Assembly (NCBI GenBank): GCA_034521595.1
Contig: JAXHMG010000003.1
Span: 544,001-608,000 of the forward strand
DNA: 64,000 nucleotides
Direction of reading: 5' to 3'
Source of the DNA: Gemmatimonadota bacterium
Lineage (GTDB): Bacteria > Gemmatimonadota > Gemmatimonadetes > Longimicrobiales > Gaopeijiaceae
Shown here: positions 10,225 to 22,358 of the stretch, piece by piece
Numbering within the stretch: the first letter of the stretch is position 1
How the letters are laid out: each line of letters starts with the position of its first letter
Made by a program: the position numbers and the translations under genes
The notes under the pieces: generated by a model
What the model was told of the DNA's origin: nothing
Databases searched by the model: none
Seen by the model: the letters and a program-made list of their open reading frames with translations, nothing else

Positions 10225-10848
10225 ATGGTTCGTCGAAACATGCCGACGCCCTCGAGACCCGAGTTCCTTCATCCCGGAATGGCCATGCCCACCCACCACT
10301 GTCCACGCGTGGCACGTCCTCCCCTGCATTTCGCCTGGATTCTCGCCGCGGTTCTCGTCTTCGCCGCCGCATGTGGCGGCGGTGCGGATACGCCGGCCGA
10401 GCGCGTGGCCGACCTGGGTGTGCAAAACGTCGCGGAGCCCGTGTCCGGTCTGATCACGGTCGCGCAGCCGAGCCGGGACCAGGTCGAGGAGCTCCTCGAC
10501 CTGGGATACGACCGCTTCATCAGCCTTCAGCTCACGGAAGAGCCGGGAACGGGCTGGGAGGAAGCCGCGATCCCGGCCGCGGGCGGCCATTTCGCCCGAA
10601 TCCCGGTTGCGGGCCCCGACGACCTCACCCGCGAGAACGTCGATGCTTTGGACGCGCTTCTCGCCGCTCGAGGAGAGGAGGAGACGGTGCTATACTGCGC
10701 GAGCAGCAATCGCGTGGGGGCGCTCCTCGCCTTGCGCGCGTTTTGGCTTCAGGGGGCGGACCCCGAAGAAGCCATGTCGTTGGGGCGTCGAGCCGGCATG
10801 AGAGCCCTGGAGCCCGCCGTGCGCGAGATCATGGCCCAGGGCGGCTAA
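10225..10848 (+). CDS. Putative lipoprotein with a DUF442/beta-lactamase-hydrolase-like (phosphatase/sulfurtransferase-fold) domain
   Basis: Hydrophobic signal ending FAAA-C (lipobox-like) and an active-site loop YCASSNRVGALLA. The start is uncertain and may be later (10279 or 10309). Confidence 0.65.
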   Translation: MVRRNMPTPSRPEFLHPGMAMPTHHCPRVARPPLHFAWILAAVLVFAAACGGGADTPAERVADLGVQNVAEPVSGLITVAQPSRDQVEELLDLGYDRFISLQLTEEPGTGWEEAAIPAAGGHFARIPVAGPDDLTRENVDALDALLAARGEEETVLYCASSNRVGALLALRAFWLQGADPEEAMSLGRRAGMRALEPAVREIMAQGG

Positions 10849-10919
10849 CGACGTCGCTGGTTCTGCGTGCGCTCGGCCCCCGGTCGCCGAGCGCGGATTC
10901 CGTCCACCTCCCGCGCTCA

Positions 10920-12005
10920 TCACGGGCAGCGGTACACCATGGCGTTGACGTTCATGCCGGCGCCCACGGACGCGAAGACGAGCACGTCGCCGGAGTCGAT
11001 GGAGTAACCCTCGAGCTCACCGTGCCGTACGAGGTCGAACACGGTGGGAACCGTCGCCACGGAGCTGTTGCCCATCCACGAGATGGTCATCGGCATGGTG
11101 ATGTCCGACGTGCACTTGATACCGGACGTTCGAAGGAGTCGCTTGAGGATGGCTTGGTTCATCTTGGCGTTGGCCTGATGAGCGATCAGCATGTCCACGT
11201 CGTGCAACGTCAGGCCAATCTCCTGGAGCATCTCGCAGACGACGCCCGGGACCGTGTTGACTGCGTATTCATAGACTTTGCGGCCGTCCATCTTCAGATA
11301 GAAGCGGTCCGTTGGATCGTCGGGATGGTAAGAGGGCGCCATCCGCAACAGGTGGGCGTGCTCGACGGCGTCGGAGCGCGCGCGGTGGCCGAGAACCCCG
11401 ACCGGGGCCTCGGTCTCCACTGCCTCCAGGACGGCCGCACCGGCGCCGTCCGCGTACAGCATGCTGTCGCGATCGTGCGGGTCGATCACGCGGGATAGCG
11501 TCTCCGTCCCGACGACCAGCGCGCGGCGACCCTGACCGGCGCGCAGGAAACAGTCGGCCTGGACGACGGCCTGTAGCCACCCCGGGCATCCGAATGGGAG
11601 GTCGTACGCGATGCAAGCGGGGTTCCGGATGCCGAGCTCCTGTTTGATCCTCGCCGCCAGGGTCGGAACCGTGTCGATCCGCCCGGTTCGTGGGCAGACA
11701 TCACCGAAGTTGTGGGCCACGATGACGTAGTCCAACGTCTCGGGGTCGATGTCCGCATCGGCCACGGCCGCCCGCGAGGCCTCCGTGCCGAGGTCGGACG
11801 CGGAGAGGTGGTCCGGTGCCCACCGACGCTCGGCGATCTCCGTGATTTCGAGGAACTTCGCGATCAGTCGGGCGTTGTCCGCGGGATCCAGCGGCTGGCC
11901 ATCAGGGAGAAAGAACGTCCGATCCTGGAACTCCGCGTTTGTCACGCGGCGCTCGGGAAGGAAGCTACCGGAGCCGATGAATCGACAGGTGATGGGCTTG
12001 TTCAC
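10920..12005 (-). CDS. fabH: 3-oxoacyl-ACP synthase III (FabH family)
   Basis: Cys-His-Asn triad motifs FGCPGW, AHQAN and MGNSS, plus DGAGA and SVGAGM. Confidence 0.9.
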   Translation of the reverse strand: MNKPITCRFIGSGSFLPERRVTNAEFQDRTFFLPDGQPLDPADNARLIAKFLEITEIAERRWAPDHLSASDLGTEASRAAVADADIDPETLDYVIVAHNFGDVCPRTGRIDTVPTLAARIKQELGIRNPACIAYDLPFGCPGWLQAVVQADCFLRAGQGRRALVVGTETLSRVIDPHDRDSMLYADGAGAAVLEAVETEAPVGVLGHRARSDAVEHAHLLRMAPSYHPDDPTDRFYLKMDGRKVYEYAVNTVPGVVCEMLQEIGLTLHDVDMLIAHQANAKMNQAILKRLLRTSGIKCTSDITMPMTISWMGNSSVATVPTVFDLVRHGELEGYSIDSGDVLVFASVGAGMNVNAMVYRCP

Positions 12006-12167
12006 TAGAATGTCGGGTCAGGGGATGGAAGCTGCTCTTCGTGCGGGCGATTTCGTGGATATCATAAAGGAGCCTGCAAGTGGGCGCACTCGCTGCGGGA
12101 TTCGAAGGGTGCCGCCCGGCTGCTCGGCCACTGTTGGAAGAAATCGGCCCGTGGTCCGAACCGCGCA

Positions 12168-12209
12168 AGAAGGGGGCGGCCCGATCACCCACCGGAACCG
12201 CCCCCTTCT
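12168..12209 (-). terminator. Hairpin downstream of katG (probable terminator)
   Basis: Inverted repeat AGAAGGGGGCGG ... CCGCCCCCTTCT about 30 nt after the katG stop; U-tract is weak. Confidence 0.5.
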
Positions 12210-12238
12210 CCGCCCTTCCGTTCCGTTGTTCCCAGCTG

Positions 12239-14779
<2,541 letters not shown>

Positions 14780-14972
14780 TCAGGCGGGCACACCAGAATG
14801 CTCGGTGGGACGGCGCGCCGCGTGTTTCCGGCTCTGGGATACGTTGCTACCGAGGCGAGTTGCGCGTACCGTGTTCGGGGTCCTCCCCTCATCCTCGTAC
14901 GACGAGCGTCGGAGCCGCCGATGATCCGTCCTGGATCCGCGGGCCGACGCATCCGGAGAGCTCGACCGCCCC

Positions 14973-17744
14973 GTGAACACGAACCCCGACGACGTTTCCA
15001 CCGGCCCGCATCCCGAGAAGCCTGAGGAGGGGGGTGCCCAGCTTTCCAACGACGGAGCCCCCTGGTGGTCCCTGTCCGGCGCGGATGCGTCGGCCCGTCT
15101 CGGAGCCGGCCCTGAAGGGCTCGATTCGGAGGAGGCCAAGCGACGCCTGGAGCGCTACGGGCCGAACACGATCGAGGTCGAAGAAGTCGAGCCCTGGTGG
15201 GTCCTCGCGCTCCACCAGTTCAAGGACCCCCTCATCTACATCCTCCTCGCGGCCGCGGCCGTCACGATCGCGATCGAGGATTACGTGGACGCCGGGGTCA
15301 TCCTGACCGTCGTTCTCCTGAATGCGGTGATCGGATTCGTCCAGGAGTACCGGGCCCGCCAGGCCATGCGCGCGCTCGCGAAGCTCAGCGCGCCCCGTGC
15401 CGAGGTTCTGCGGGACGGGAGGTCCCGTACCGTGCCGGCAGCAGAGGTGGTGCCGGGGGACGTCGTGCTCCTCTCGTCGGGCGTGCGAGTGCCCGCGGAC
15501 CTGCGACTCCTCCGTGTCGTCGGCCTCGACGTGGACGAATCCATGCTCACGGGGGAATCCGTCTCGGTGAGCAAGGATCCGGAACGGATGCTCGAAGGCG
15601 ATCCGGTCGCGGGTGATCAGGTGAACATGGCGTTCGCGGCGACCATGGTCACGCGGGGCCGGGGGCGCGGTGTGGTGGTAGCCACCGGACGGGACACCGC
15701 CGTGGGACGAATCGCGGAGGCCGTGCACCGAGTGGGGGAGGTTCGTACACCCCTTCAGGAGAAGGTGCACGACTTCGGCGGGAAGGTCGGGCTCGCGCTC
15801 GTGGGCCTCGCCGGAGTGGCTGCCGGGTTGGGGCTGCTGCATGGCCTCGGGCTGGCCGAGATCTTCATGACCGCCGTGGCCATGGCCGTGTCCGCCGTCC
15901 CCGAAGGCCTCCCGGTGGTCCTGACCGTGACGTTGGCCGTCGGCGTGCGCCGTATGGCCGGCAGGAAGGCGATCGTGCGACGGCTACCGGCCGTCGAGAC
16001 CCTCGGGAGCACGACCGTCATCGCGTCCGACAAGACGGGAACACTCACCCGGAACGAGATGACCGTGCGGGCTATCTGGACGACCGGAGGGCGTTTGGAG
16101 GTCTCAGGGGCCGGTTACGCAGCGGAGGGCGAGCTCCGCCGCGGTGACACGGTCGTGGTCCCGGACGGGGAGTCCGCGCTGAGCCATACCCTGCGTGCGG
16201 GCGTCCTGGCGAGTGAGGCCGACGAGCGCATCCTCGGGGACGAAGGCGAGCCCCTCGGCGACCCGACCGAGGTGGCCCTGCTCGTGGCAGCCGCCAAGGG
16301 AGGGATGCGGACGGCAGAGGAGCGCGCGGCGCATCCCGATCTGAGCATGCTCCCCTTCGAGCCGGAGCTCCAATTCATGGCGACTTTGGTCCGGGTCGGA
16401 GCTGACAACCGGATCTACATGAAGGGCGCGCCCGAGGCGGTGTTGTCTCGCTGCACGCGGGTGGCAACGGAGGACGGGGGGACTGCGCCTCTGGACGAGG
16501 ACGAGCGGCGCCGGATCCGGGACGCAGGCCAGGAGCTTGCGGGTGAGGGACTCCGCGTGCTCGCCATGGCCTACCGGGATACGCAGAGCGACACGATCAA
16601 CGCGGCAGCGGTCGAGGACGACATGGTGTTCTGCGGCCTCCAGGGAATGGAAGATCCGGTCCGTCCGGAGGCCGTCGATGCCGTGGCGGTGGTCCGCGAC
16701 GCCGGCATCCGAGTTCTGATGTTGACCGGAGACCACGTGGCCACGGCGCGCGCCATCGGACGTCGGCTGGGATTGGACGACGAAGGGCATCGGGCGGTCG
16801 AGGGCCGGGAGCTCGGCGGGCTCTCGGACGGCGAGCTCGACGCGCTGTTGGATGAGGGCGTGCGGGTGTTCGCGCGCGTGGCGCCGGAGCACAAGCTGAG
16901 GATCGTGGAACGGCTCCGCGCGCGAGGGGAGATCGTCGCGGTGACCGGAGACGGAGTGAACGATGCCCCGGCGCTGCGCGCGGCCCACCTGGGCATCGCG
17001 ATGGGCATCACGGGCACGGACGTCGCGCGCGAGGCCTCGGACATGGTCCTCCAGGACGACAACTTCGCGACGATCCGGGCGGCGGTGGAGGAGGGCCGGG
17101 TGGTTTTTGCGAACATCCGGAAGGTCACGTTCTTCCTGTTGTCCACGGCGGTCGGCGAGGTGATCACGATACTGGTGGCGTTGGCCGCGGGCTGGCCCCT
17201 CCCGTTCGTGGCGGCGCAGATCCTGTGGATCAATCTGGTGACCAACGGCTTGCAGGACGTGGCGCTCGCGGTCGAGCCGGGCGAGCCTGGGCTGCTGCGC
17301 CGTGGACCGCGTCCGGCCGGTGAGGGAATCCTTCCCTGGAGGCTCCTGGAACGTCTCGGAGGTGTGGGCGTGGTGCTCGCCATCGGCACGCTGGGCGCGT
17401 TCTGGTGGGCGTGGCGGATGACGGAGGATCTGGACACCGCCCGGACCGTGGCCATGACCCAGATGGTCGTATTCCAGTTCTTCCACGTCTTCAACTGCCG
17501 GTCGCTCGAGCGGTCGATCTTCCGGGTGCCCTTGCTCTCGAACCGGTTCCTGTTCGTCAGCCTGCTCGCCGCGCTTGTCGCGCAGCTCGCCGTGCTCTAT
17601 TGGGGGCCGCTGCAGGCGGTGTTCCGCACGGTGCCGCTCGACGTCGAGCAGTGGGGTGTCGTCGTCGCGGTCGGTGCGACGGTCGTCATCGGGGGGGAGC
17701 TGGACAAGGCGTGGCAGCGGAGACGGGGACGAGCCCTCGGATGA
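14973..17744 (+). CDS. Cation-transporting P-type ATPase (P2A, Ca2+-type)
   Basis: TGES, VPEGLP, DKTGTLT, KGAPE, TGD, GDGVNDAPAL and QILWINLVTN. Confidence 0.92.
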   Translation: MNTNPDDVSTGPHPEKPEEGGAQLSNDGAPWWSLSGADASARLGAGPEGLDSEEAKRRLERYGPNTIEVEEVEPWWVLALHQFKDPLIYILLAAAAVTIAIEDYVDAGVILTVVLLNAVIGFVQEYRARQAMRALAKLSAPRAEVLRDGRSRTVPAAEVVPGDVVLLSSGVRVPADLRLLRVVGLDVDESMLTGESVSVSKDPERMLEGDPVAGDQVNMAFAATMVTRGRGRGVVVATGRDTAVGRIAEAVHRVGEVRTPLQEKVHDFGGKVGLALVGLAGVAAGLGLLHGLGLAEIFMTAVAMAVSAVPEGLPVVLTVTLAVGVRRMAGRKAIVRRLPAVETLGSTTVIASDKTGTLTRNEMTVRAIWTTGGRLEVSGAGYAAEGELRRGDTVVVPDGESALSHTLRAGVLASEADERILGDEGEPLGDPTEVALLVAAAKGGMRTAEERAAHPDLSMLPFEPELQFMATLVRVGADNRIYMKGAPEAVLSRCTRVATEDGGTAPLDEDERRRIRDAGQELAGEGLRVLAMAYRDTQSDTINAAAVEDDMVFCGLQGMEDPVRPEAVDAVAVVRDAGIRVLMLTGDHVATARAIGRRLGLDDEGHRAVEGRELGGLSDGELDALLDEGVRVFARVAPEHKLRIVERLRARGEIVAVTGDGVNDAPALRAAHLGIAMGITGTDVAREASDMVLQDDNFATIRAAVEEGRVVFANIRKVTFFLLSTAVGEVITILVALAAGWPLPFVAAQILWINLVTNGLQDVALAVEPGEPGLLRRGPRPAGEGILPWRLLERLGGVGVVLAIGTLGAFWWAWRMTEDLDTARTVAMTQMVVFQFFHVFNCRSLERSIFRVPLLSNRFLFVSLLAALVAQLAVLYWGPLQAVFRTVPLDVEQWGVVVAVGATVVIGGELDKAWQRRRGRALG

Positions 17745-19063
17745 GGGAGTGGGTCGGCGGAGCCTTCTGGTCGTTGGCGTACACGGCGCTGCTCGCGCTG
17801 CCTTTGATCGTGCTGGGGAGCGGGTTGGTGGGGTTGAGCGGTTCGGGGTGGTGGTTCGACTTCTCGATGGGGCTCGGGTTCGGTGCGGTGGCCCTTTTCG
17901 GTGGCCAGTTCCTGCTGACCGCTCGTTTCCGCCGGGCGACGGCCCCCTTCGGGATGGACGTGTTGTACGTGTTCCATCGCTGGCTGGCTGTCATCGCGCT
18001 CGTGCTCGTGCTGGCTCACTACGGGATCCTCCGCGTCTCCTACCCGGCTACGCTCGAGCCCTTCTGGCCGGCGACCGCACCGTGGTACATGACCGCGGGC
18101 AGGGCTTCTCTCGCCGTGTTCCTCCTGCTCGTGGTCTCGTCGCTCGCCAGAAAGGCGTTGCGTATCGAGTACGATGACTGGCGGCTTGCGCACACCGTGC
18201 TGGCCGTGCTGGGCATGGCGCTGGCCGTGATCCACGTGTTGGGCGTAGGCTACTACTCCGGCGTGTTCTGGACTCGGATCGTGTTGGATCTTTTTCTGGC
18301 GTCGGTTCTCGCCCTGGTAGCCTACGTCCGGGTGATGAAGCCGGTGTCTCTCATGACCAAGCCCTATCGCGTGAGCGACGTACGTGCCGAAGGAGGAGAT
18401 ACCTGGATGTTGACGATGGAGCCCGAGGGCCACTCCGGCCTCCGTTTCGCTCCCGGACAGTTCGGGTGGCTGTCGCTCGGGTGCTCTCCCCTGCGTGCAC
18501 GGGAGCATCCCTTTTCATTCTCCGGTAGCGCGGAGCAAGACGGAACGCTCGAGTTCACCATCAAGGAGCTCGGCGACTTCACCCGCACGGTCGGTCGGAC
18601 GGAAATCGGAACGGTGGCCTACGTGGACGGGCCGCACGGGGTTTTCACGGTCGACCGGTACCCTGAGGCTCCGGGCTTTCTGTTCCTCGCCGGCGGGGTG
18701 GGGATCGCGCCGATCGCGAGTATTCTCCGGACCCTCGCGGACCGGGGAGACGCGCGCCCCCTGTGCCTCGTGTACGGGAGTAGCTCGTGGGAGCGGACGG
18801 TCCTGAAGGAAGAGCTCGCACGGCTGTCCGAGCGGTTGAATCTGGAGGTGATCCACGTGCTGGAGGAGCTGCACGAGGGGTGGAAGGGGGCGGTCGGCAG
18901 GCCGACGCCGGAGCTCCTTCAGCAGGCGCTCGCCGGGCTGCCCGAAGGCATGCGGTGCTTCATGTGCGGACCCGAGCCCATGACGAAGATGGCGGAAGCC
19001 GCCCTTCGTGCCCGTGGCGTTCCGTTGCGGCGCATACACTCCGAGCTGTTCGACATGGCTTAG
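17741..19063 (+). CDS. Ferric-reductase-like transmembrane flavocytochrome (heme b TM + FAD + NAD(P)H domains)
   Basis: ATGA overlap with the ATPase stop. About six TM helices with paired His (FHRW..AHY; AHTV..IHV), then HPFSFS, DGPHG, AGGVGIAP, CGP and ELF. Confidence 0.88.
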   Translation: MREWVGGAFWSLAYTALLALPLIVLGSGLVGLSGSGWWFDFSMGLGFGAVALFGGQFLLTARFRRATAPFGMDVLYVFHRWLAVIALVLVLAHYGILRVSYPATLEPFWPATAPWYMTAGRASLAVFLLLVVSSLARKALRIEYDDWRLAHTVLAVLGMALAVIHVLGVGYYSGVFWTRIVLDLFLASVLALVAYVRVMKPVSLMTKPYRVSDVRAEGGDTWMLTMEPEGHSGLRFAPGQFGWLSLGCSPLRAREHPFSFSGSAEQDGTLEFTIKELGDFTRTVGRTEIGTVAYVDGPHGVFTVDRYPEAPGFLFLAGGVGIAPIASILRTLADRGDARPLCLVYGSSSWERTVLKEELARLSERLNLEVIHVLEELHEGWKGAVGRPTPELLQQALAGLPEGMRCFMCGPEPMTKMAEAALRARGVPLRRIHSELFDMA

Positions 19064-19066
19064 CCG

Positions 19067-19498
19067 ATGCGTGAGCGCTTGGCGAAAGTTTTCGCGGTGG
19101 TCGTGGGAGGAGTGATCGTTCTCCTGGCGGGGGGGTTCGCGGAACGCCGCAACGCTCCGGACGCCGCGGTGGCCGAGGTGGAGTCCGGGGCACCCGAAGC
19201 TCCGGTTCCCCCTCCGGCCGAGCCGGCCGATCCAACCGTCCTGGAGCGAGGGCGGGTGATCTTCGATGAGGCCGGGTGCGCGAGGTGCCATCGTCTGGAC
19301 GGCAGCGGCAACCCGCGCTACCCGCTCGACGGGGTCGGCGCGCGTCGCTCGGCGGAGAGCATCCGCGCGTTCATCGTGGCGGATGGCGACGCCCGGCGGG
19401 CGCTCACCGCGAGCGTCGTGAGGGCCAAGGAGCGCTATCGGGATCTGCCGAGCGCGGACCTGGACGCGTTGGTGGCCTACCTCGCGGCCTCGCGGTAA
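19067..19498 (+). CDS. Membrane-anchored monoheme cytochrome c
   Basis: N-terminal TM helix, Pro-rich linker, GRVIF...CARCH, and a C-terminal DLDALVAYL helix. Confidence 0.85.
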   Translation: MRERLAKVFAVVVGGVIVLLAGGFAERRNAPDAAVAEVESGAPEAPVPPPAEPADPTVLERGRVIFDEAGCARCHRLDGSGNPRYPLDGVGARRSAESIRAFIVADGDARRALTASVVRAKERYRDLPSADLDALVAYLAASR

Positions 19499-19515
19499 CG
19501 GGCGCTGCTACCTCG

Positions 19516-21198
19516 TCAGCGGGGCGTGCCTACGCTCGTCTCCACCTCGACCACCCGCACGGCCGACCCCGACGCCATGTCGTCGTAGTAACGCACGAAG
19601 CGCTCGGGCTCGAAGGCGTCGGTATAGTCGTCCAGGTTCCGGGCCCAACGGTACCCGATCGGTTGGTACCAGAGTGACGCTTCGATCGTGAGCGGTTCGG
19701 AGCTCCCATCCAGGGACAGCTCGTAGCGGGTACGGTCCTCTCCGCCGACGAAGTCCGTATCGTCGTAGGCGGTCCCTTCCACTGCGATGTCCGGATCGGC
19801 CGTCACCTTGTCGAATCCGGCTGGAAGGATGCGGTTGTCCTTCAGGTAACGCACGCCGCTCATCAGTCCCGTCGTGGGTCGATCAGAGGCGTCTCCCATG
19901 ATCGACTCGTAGATCTGCACCTGTTCGGCCGAGCGCACCACCGTGTGGTGCGGCTCGTAAGCGTCGGGGTCGGCATCCGCGTCGTTGCCGACGATCGAGC
20001 CATCGGGTCGGAGCGCGCCGGACTCGAACACGACCTGCCCGGACGAATCGCGTACCCTCACGTGCAGCCACACCCGCCGTGACGGGTATGCCGTGGGAAG
20101 CTTGTGGCCGGCCAGGTTTTCGACGACCACGTCGAAGGCGAGCCCGTCGCCGGTCCGACGCGCGTCCTCCACGCGCATGCGCGCCGTGCTCGTACGGAGG
20201 TGGTCGACCGTTCGTTTCGCGGCGGCATCGAGCTCCTGGGGCAGGGCCGTGACGCCGAGCTCGTTCCGGTACCGGTTCAGCATGCGGAGCATAAAGAAGT
20301 TGCCCCCGCGGAAAACGTGTCTGGAGACCTCCGGGCGAGGCTGGCCGAGCACGCTGGTGATCGGGGCTTCACCCTGGACCACCGGCATGTGGCACGATTG
20401 GCAGCTCTGGTCCTCCCGGTAGTCGCTGTGGAGCCACTCGAGGTAGGGAACCTGCTCGGGGAGCTCCGCCACCTCGTTACCGTCCTCGTCGAGCGCGTGC
20501 GTGTAGAGCGTGTGACAGGAAGCGCACAGCTCGGACGACTGGATGTGGGGCGACTCCTCGGGCCGGAATCCGGACGCGGACTGCATGAGGCGCACCCGCC
20601 CGTCATCGACCTCGAACGGGCCGTAGATGGTGCGCTCGCCGCTCCCCGTATGCTCGTCGACCTCGAAGCCCCCGGTGAAGCTCTCCGGGGAGCCCAGGTT
20701 CGACTCGGCGATCTGGTGGCACACGGAACACGACACGCCGTCGAGCGCATCCGCGGCGAGCTGGGGGTCCGCGCCGTACCGGGGCAGGCTTCCGAACACC
20801 TCACCCGTGCCGCCGGTCAGGTGGGCGGAATACCGCGCGATGGGCATGTGGCACGTCGAGCACTTGTCCTCGATCGCCTCTCGCGCCTGCGGGTGGTCCG
20901 TGATCTCCCGGCGCACCGCCGCCTGCCAGTAGGGGTCCCGGGCCGCATTGGCCATCATCGAGGCACGCCAGTCGAACCCGATGGAGATGTCCTCGCCGAG
21001 CGCGGTGGTGACGCCATTGTGGCACGCGAGGCACACGTCGCTCGTCTCGAAGAGGCGCGCGGCACCGCCGTGCGCGGCCGGCGCTTCCTGGGACGACGGC
21101 TGCAGCGCGGTGGAGGGCGTCTGAGCGAAGAGCTCGCCCACTACGTACCCGACGCTGAGAAGCGCGGTCAACGATGCCACGTAGGTCATGATGCGCAT
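19516..21198 (-). CDS. Secreted multiheme (5 x CxxCH) cytochrome c
   Basis: Signal-like N-terminus; CLACH, CSTCH, CSVCH, CASCH and CQSCH; C-terminal beta domain with GHKLPT..PSRR. ATG lies 2 nt after the upstream stop. Confidence 0.9.
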   Translation of the reverse strand: MRIMTYVASLTALLSVGYVVGELFAQTPSTALQPSSQEAPAAHGGAARLFETSDVCLACHNGVTTALGEDISIGFDWRASMMANAARDPYWQAAVRREITDHPQAREAIEDKCSTCHMPIARYSAHLTGGTGEVFGSLPRYGADPQLAADALDGVSCSVCHQIAESNLGSPESFTGGFEVDEHTGSGERTIYGPFEVDDGRVRLMQSASGFRPEESPHIQSSELCASCHTLYTHALDEDGNEVAELPEQVPYLEWLHSDYREDQSCQSCHMPVVQGEAPITSVLGQPRPEVSRHVFRGGNFFMLRMLNRYRNELGVTALPQELDAAAKRTVDHLRTSTARMRVEDARRTGDGLAFDVVVENLAGHKLPTAYPSRRVWLHVRVRDSSGQVVFESGALRPDGSIVGNDADADPDAYEPHHTVVRSAEQVQIYESIMGDASDRPTTGLMSGVRYLKDNRILPAGFDKVTADPDIAVEGTAYDDTDFVGGEDRTRYELSLDGSSEPLTIEASLWYQPIGYRWARNLDDYTDAFEPERFVRYYDDMASGSAVRVVEVETSVGTPR

Positions 21199-21200
21199 GG

Positions 21201-22358
21201 TTACCATCCCTCGAAGAATCCGCCGTCGAACCAGTCCCACAGGATGTAGAAGAGCAGGGTGGGCTCGCGTGTGGCCGTGTCGTTGACCGGAACCCTGACC
21301 GCCAGGTTCGCCATCACGTGTTGCCGCGTATTCAGCGTTACCTGGAGTTGCGGTGTGAGGTCCCAGTGTGTCGTCGCCCCGTCCTCGAGCTCCCGACTCG
21401 ACAGGACTTCCACCATCGGACTCCATGTCCGTCCCCACGCTCCTTCGGTGAAGCTCTTCCCGAGCACCAGCCGCAGGGCCGCCTCGTCCCCGGCCCGGTC
21501 CGCGTCGAAGGGACGTTCATAGACGCCCTGGAACTGGAGGAACGCGTCGGCGGGGAGGATGTGTCCGTAGGAGGCGAAGGTCTCGAACACCGGCGTGCCG
21601 ACGCCGAAGCCTCGCTGGTAGTCACCGGTCGGAAGCTTGATCTCGGCGGCCCCGCTGAAGATCGATCCCCGCTCCATGCTATGGTAGAACGCGCGCTTGA
21701 CCCCCACTACGACGTCTCCGAGCCCTCCGTGCCAGGACGAGGCATCCGCCCGGGATCGGTACGAGAACGGTACCACGAGCTCGACTTGGTTCCGGGCGCC
21801 GAAGCGCTTCTCGTACACGAGCTCACCCGTGAGCACGGCCGGCCCGTCGAGCGAGGCTCCGTAGGTGAACACGGCTTCGTCCTCGGGATACGCCTTCTCG
21901 GTGACCATCGCCCGTGGAAGGTTGAGCTCGCCACGAGGCCAGTCGTCGTCGGCGCACATCGACCGGATGTGGTCCAGCGCACGCTGGAGCTGGTCGACGG
22001 TGAGCACACCGCCGAGCGCCGGCATGAGCGGGTCGAAGCCCCGGGTCGGCCCGCCGTCGTGCGCGACCGCCAGCCAGTCCGAATCGGGCTCACGCGTCGC
22101 GAAGCTGCAGTCGGTGAAATCCGGCAGGGGAACCTGGAACCCCACGGCGGACGACGGCATCCCCGTACCGTCGGGGCCGTGGCATCCGGCGCACGCTTCG
22201 CGGTAGAGCTCTTCGCCGTTCATCGACGCGTAGTCCGTGCTCGGCCAGGACCCCTCGCCGACCTGGGCGGCGAGGGGTCCGGCCAGCAGCGCCGTCAGAA
22301 GGAGTCCCGAGCCGATGACACGGGAGACGCGCGATGGCGCCATGGGGGTCGTGCTCAT
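21201..22358 (-). CDS. Cytochrome c domain fused to a predicted outer-membrane beta-barrel (COG4313/'transporter'-like)
   Basis: Signal peptide; GEELY..ACAGCHG with distal LMP; about 250-aa beta-rich region with GLGD..VGVK and KLPTGD..GFGVG; aromatic C-terminus WDWFDGGFFEGW. ATGA overlap with the upstream gene. Confidence 0.75.
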   Translation of the reverse strand: MSTTPMAPSRVSRVIGSGLLLTALLAGPLAAQVGEGSWPSTDYASMNGEELYREACAGCHGPDGTGMPSSAVGFQVPLPDFTDCSFATREPDSDWLAVAHDGGPTRGFDPLMPALGGVLTVDQLQRALDHIRSMCADDDWPRGELNLPRAMVTEKAYPEDEAVFTYGASLDGPAVLTGELVYEKRFGARNQVELVVPFSYRSRADASSWHGGLGDVVVGVKRAFYHSMERGSIFSGAAEIKLPTGDYQRGFGVGTPVFETFASYGHILPADAFLQFQGVYERPFDADRAGDEAALRLVLGKSFTEGAWGRTWSPMVEVLSSRELEDGATTHWDLTPQLQVTLNTRQHVMANLAVRVPVNDTATREPTLLFYILWDWFDGGFFEGW

